A DNA stretch of 21,394 nt from contig JBIOIY010000053.1 in NCBI GenBank assembly GCA_044450345.1, forward strand, positions 1 to 21,394, given 5' to 3'. The DNA comes from Thermodesulfovibrionales bacterium. Its GTDB lineage: Bacteria > Nitrospirota > Thermodesulfovibrionia > Thermodesulfovibrionales > UBA6898. Shown one piece after another: positions 18,447-21,394 of this stretch. Under the pieces are notes generated by a model that was not told where the DNA came from, searched no databases, and saw only the letters and a program-made list of their open reading frames with translations. Every line of letters starts with the position of its first letter. The first letter of the stretch is position 1. Made by a program: the position numbers and the translations under genes.

Positions 18447-18732
18447 AGTCATCACGGCAAATCATAATGATCCCGTGGAAATAATTCGGCATCACAATAA
18501 ATTCGTCAATCTCCGCATGAGGGAAATGTTCCGGTATCTTACGCCATACATTTCGCACCATTATGCCGACATCATTCAAATGGATTTCCCTATCAATGAT
18601 GTCCCCAAACAAACATTCCCTGTTCTGCGTGCAGATGGTAATAAAATATGCGCCTGCCTCTGAATAATCGTATCCCCTCAGGCGTATTGAACGGCGGTGA
18701 TGTTTATATTTATCGTAATTCATTCGTGGTTT

Positions 18733-18760
18733 GTATGGGCATGCCATGCTATGCCCCTAC
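18733..18760. repeat. GTAG-family REP palindrome (28 nt) upstream of the RAYT
   Basis: GTATGGGCATGCCATGCTATGCCCCTAC; minus strand begins GTAGGGGCAT. Confidence 0.8.
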
Positions 18761-18781
18761 GTTATTTTGCTATTACTTCGA

Positions 18782-18955
18782 CTAAGGATATGTTGCTTTG
18801 ATCACGGCGCACCTGACCTTGGGATTCAGCTTCTTCCCAATGTGCGTAAGCAGTTTCTCCAAGGCAGGGTAAAATGAAGTCTCCGGCGCATTTGCACGTG
18901 TGTTGCGAATCTCTGCCATGTCAGTCAAGTATTGCTCTATTACGGTTTCGGACAT
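18782..18955 (-). pseudogene. 57-aa truncated N-terminus of a probable single-polypeptide restriction-modification / N6-adenine methylase protein
   Basis: Manual translation MSETVIEQYLTDMAEIRNTRANAPETSFYPALEKLLTHIGKKLNPKVRCAVIKATYP. The ETSFYPAL..LL..IGK.L.PKVRC segment recalls N-termini of type ISP-like enzymes (from memory, unsearched). Confidence 0.55.
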
Positions 18956-18979
18956 TACTGTAAGAGATCCTTTATCATT

Positions 18980-19747
18980 CTATGCAGTCTCAAACTCTAA
19001 GGCGCAATAAGTGTGTCCCGCAGGCACCGCATCCCACGTCCTGCCCTCAAGCAAGCGCCCATTATGCTTTTTAGTCCGCTTCATCCCATCAGCCCCCCAG
19101 CCACCCCACTGTTTAAAGAAGAAGGCGGCTTTTTGTTGCTCACATTGATGCTTCACGTTCAATACCCATTCCTGTTTCATCGGCCTAGACTTCGGCCCTG
19201 ACTCTCCGCCGACAATCACCCAATGAATTCCCTTCAGATTCATCTTGCCTAAATCCTCCAGCAGCGGCTCAACAGAAACGAAGCGGATAAACGCCGGTAC
19301 TTGGCGAAGCAATTCAAGGCGCGGCAGTCCGTGCTTTTTATCTTCAACCGTCACGCCCAGCCAGGCATTGCGCGGCAGTTCATAGTTTTTGAAAAACCCC
19401 GCCATCCGTTCAGCTCGTTTAGTGAGCACCTGGAAGGTATGCTGTGGGGCCTGTCGGACAACATCGAAAACCTGACGGATATAATCATCAGGGATATCTT
19501 CGTGAAACAGGTCACTCATGGAGTTCACAAAATAAACGGTTGGTCTGATCCTGTTCAGAGGCTCATCAAGGCGATAAGGCAATAAGGTAAGTTTGAATCC
19601 ATTCTCATACCCTTTTACGCCCATGGCTTTCAGCCTCCGCGCCATAATCTCCGCATAACAGTGCGCACACCCCGGAGAAATCTTGCTACATCCGACAGTA
19701 GGATTCCAGGTTTGCTCCGTCCATTCTATTGAGGTTTGTGTGCTCAT
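18980..19747 (-). CDS. DUF5131 (phage Gp37/Gp68-like) protein
   Basis: TSIEWT..TWNP, GCSKISPGCAHCYA, FVNSMSDLFHE, FQVLTKR, WLGVTVE, RFVSVEPLL, WVIVGGESG, FFFKQWGG. Confidence 0.93.
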   Translation of the reverse strand: MSTQTSIEWTEQTWNPTVGCSKISPGCAHCYAEIMARRLKAMGVKGYENGFKLTLLPYRLDEPLNRIRPTVYFVNSMSDLFHEDIPDDYIRQVFDVVRQAPQHTFQVLTKRAERMAGFFKNYELPRNAWLGVTVEDKKHGLPRLELLRQVPAFIRFVSVEPLLEDLGKMNLKGIHWVIVGGESGPKSRPMKQEWVLNVKHQCEQQKAAFFFKQWGGWGADGMKRTKKHNGRLLEGRTWDAVPAGHTYCALEFETA

Positions 19748-19768
19748 GGAATTATCTTCATCAACCTT

Positions 19769-20137
19769 TCATGCTGCCGGGATCGGCCCGGCTGCAAGCA
19801 GCTTCTTTTTTGTTGTATTCACGACAAGGTTCAATCCTTCCAGAGTCCGTGCGCCGAGAAGAATCAAGTCTCCCTTTTCGGCAAATACCACCTCATCAAT
19901 GGTAAAGTGCTTATCGACTCGGATAATGGCAAATCCGACACTCCGTGTCACAACATTGCCATTGGCCAATACAAACGATACGTCCTTTTTTTCCCTCGTC
20001 ACTCCGATCTTTTCAAGAATGGTCTCAGGCAGCCAGGTGCACTCACTACCCGTATCGACAAGGAGCTTCGGTATCCGGGCGGACTTTGCCCTGTGCGTAT
20101 GATTTTCGACCAATGCCCCTACATAGAATGTGCCCAT
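19769..20137 (-). CDS. Clan AA (retropepsin-like) single-domain aspartyl protease
   Basis: LLVDTGSECTWLP, LANG flap, LLGARTLEGLNL; AAGGAGG RBS at 20150-20144. Confidence 0.88.
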   Translation of the reverse strand: MGTFYVGALVENHTHRAKSARIPKLLVDTGSECTWLPETILEKIGVTREKKDVSFVLANGNVVTRSVGFAIIRVDKHFTIDEVVFAEKGDLILLGARTLEGLNLVVNTTKKKLLAAGPIPAA

Positions 20138-20312
20138 TTGTCGCCTCCTTTTTAAGGATTCCTATATCGTTGCCCGATCCGGCACTTGCGCTCATATATT
20201 ATCATGAATAGCCCGACACCCGTATTTCCTCCGCCATCTTATCCCCTCTCTATCTCCAACGCCTTGAGGATCTCAGGGAGGATGACATACAAGATGTTCT
20301 TCCTTATGTGTG

Positions 20313-20492
20313 TCATCGCGAGCGGTTCTCGACCATCTTCTGGATCTCATATGCAGTGATATGGGTCTTGATGACTGTCGAGTTTATCTTCCTGTATCTG
20401 CGGAAAAAGCCCCATGTACCATACAGTGCACAGAGTGCGACGATCAGGTAAAAAAGTTCTCCAAGAAATTTCAACATGAATCCGTCAACCAT
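20313..20492 (-). CDS. 59-aa single-TM hypothetical protein (MVDGFMLKFLGELFYLIVALCALYGTWGFFRRYRKINSTVIKTHITAYEIQKMVENRSR)
   Basis: Manually translated. GAGGAGG RBS at 20508-20502; hydrophobic stretch followed by RRYRK; just under the ORF-track cutoff. Confidence 0.7.
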   Translation of the reverse strand: MVDGFMLKFLGELFYLIVALCALYGTWGFFRRYRKINSTVIKTHITAYEIQKMVENRSR

Positions 20493-20553
20493 TGTATTGT
20501 TCCTCCTCGTGATTTAGTAAGCGTCCTATACAGTCTTTTGTTCGCCTTTTCTT

Positions 20554-20588
20554 GCTGAAAGCCGGCCGCTGAGGGCTGATAGCTAAAC
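20554..20588. repeat. Degenerate 7-nt tandem repeat (5 units)
   Basis: GCTGAAA GCCGGCC GCTGAGG GCTGATA GCTAAAC. Confidence 0.55.
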
Positions 20589-20612
20589 TATTACGTGATT
20601 TATTTGTTCCCG

Positions 20613-21206
20613 TCACTTGTACTTCCTCACCACGGCAGTCACCACTCCCGCAATCTTAAGTTCATTCTTCGGCTTGATTGGTTGATATTTTGGATTGGCC
20701 GGCAGGAGGGTCACACTCTCGCCCCTTTTTCTGAGGTATTTCATCGTCCATGCCCCATCGACCTCTGCAATAACGATGTCTCCGCTCTTCGGCGTCTGCC
20801 CTTTGTCTACGAGCACCATGTCGCCCGGGAGTATGCCTGCCCCGGACATCGAATCGCCCGATACCTTGAGCAGGAAGGTGGCATCACGGTTCTGTATTAG
20901 GAGGGCGTCAAGGGAAAGGGTATCGACCAGTTCCTCCTCGGCAGGACTCGGAAACCCCGCTTCCACAGTACCGAGCATCTTTACCGGGGCCGCTATCGAA
21001 CCTGGGACAAGCCTCCCCTTCGCGTCCCTTCCGAGGACCTTGAGATTCTCAAGCTTATTGACGAACTTAAAGACCGCGTTCTTCGATCTGAGCCCCGCCA
21101 TCTCCCCGATTTCGGAGAAGCTCGGCATCCTGCCCTCCTGATGATAAAAATTCGATATGCCCCTAACCCTCGACCGCAGCTTTTCTTCTCTGACATCCTT
21201 CGTCAT
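20613..21206 (-). CDS. lexA: LexA-family repressor with UmuD-like S24 peptidase domain
   Basis: N-terminal HTH (MPSFSEIGEMAGLRSKNAV); Ala-Gly cleavage site in VEAGFPSPA; catalytic Ser (GDSM) and Lys (TMKYL). Confidence 0.88.
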   Translation of the reverse strand: MTKDVREEKLRSRVRGISNFYHQEGRMPSFSEIGEMAGLRSKNAVFKFVNKLENLKVLGRDAKGRLVPGSIAAPVKMLGTVEAGFPSPAEEELVDTLSLDALLIQNRDATFLLKVSGDSMSGAGILPGDMVLVDKGQTPKSGDIVIAEVDGAWTMKYLRKRGESVTLLPANPKYQPIKPKNELKIAGVVTAVVRKYK

Positions 21207-21212
21207 GATTCC

Positions 21213-21241
21213 ATTATAGGTGAACGATTGTTCACTGTCAA
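21213..21241 (-). promoter_or_regulatory. Consensus sigma70 promoter with LexA operator in the spacer
   Basis: Minus strand: TTGACA (21241-21236), 17 bp, TATAAT (21218-21213). The spacer holds the palindrome GTGAAC-N4-GTTCAC (21220-21235). Confidence 0.9.
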
Positions 21242-21394
21242 GGGAAACATGAAATGAGGGTTTCGAGAAATAGCATTTTTGGAAGCGGTGGTGGCAGGGG
21301 ATACCGCGTCGCCGGATCAGGAAGATACCGATTTCTCATTTTAAACCTCTTTTATCTCGCTGAGACGCCTGTCCGCGCCTCAATTTGCCGTAAC

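Larger units (their letters stand above)
18076..18723 (-). mobile_element. REP-associated tyrosine transposase (RAYT, Y1 HUH family), probably impaired (HUH reads Y-F-H)
   Basis: HRRSIRLRGYDYS..GAYFITICT, FIVMPNYFHGII, WQRNYYEHVIR, YIVENP; flanked by and containing REP palindromes. Start placed at MNYD (18723). Confidence 0.9.

Noticed and set aside
18076..18747. IS200/IS605 element, and RAYT start at 18747
   Set aside because: No tnpB is present and the motifs and flanks are RAYT/REP type. The 18747 ATG lies inside the REP, so 18723 is preferred.
13788..18760. CRISPR array or integron attC interpretation of the palindromes
   Set aside because: Repeats are not identical or regularly spaced, there is no cas or integrase gene, and the ends fit GTAG REPs rather than attC cores.
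20113..20122. ATGCCCCTAC, identical to the end of the 18733 REP
   Set aside because: It lies within the protease coding sequence and lacks the partner arm for a REP hairpin; probably chance.
21242..21394. Short minus-strand ORFs upstream of the lexA promoter
   Set aside because: Too short or edge-truncated to call; one may be the 3' end of a gene outside the window.

Overview
Bacterial chromosomal window from a diderm (outer-membrane porin present); gene content is compatible with a Nitrospirota or deltaproteobacterial lineage, but that is inference only. The left half (1-13.8 kb) holds a partial hypothetical gene, a DNA-repair-type radical SAM/HhH gene, a CPA1 cation/H+ antiporter and an extended Kdp potassium-uptake locus. 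That locus runs: a stand-alone KimA/YdaO-type cytoplasmic domain, a 26-aa membrane peptide, kdpFABC, an exported protein, an outer-membrane beta-barrel, then kdpDE. The middle (13.8-16.8 kb) has small genes (zincin-like protein lacking its catalytic Glu, DUF1289, membrane protein, NUDIX) and a haem-c-motif diguanylate cyclase. The right part (16.8-21.2 kb, all minus strand) is a LexA/UmuD-like plus DinB mutagenesis pair. Its promoter is a perfect sigma70 consensus with a GAAC-N4-GTTC operator in the spacer and appears leaderless. The pair is separated by about 2.5 kb of co-oriented cargo: small ORFs, a clan AA aspartyl protease, DUF5131, a truncated restriction-modification-like fragment, and a REP-associated tyrosine transposase (RAYT) with a mutated HUH motif and its own REP palindromes. 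All family calls come from motif recognition by eye; no searches were run.
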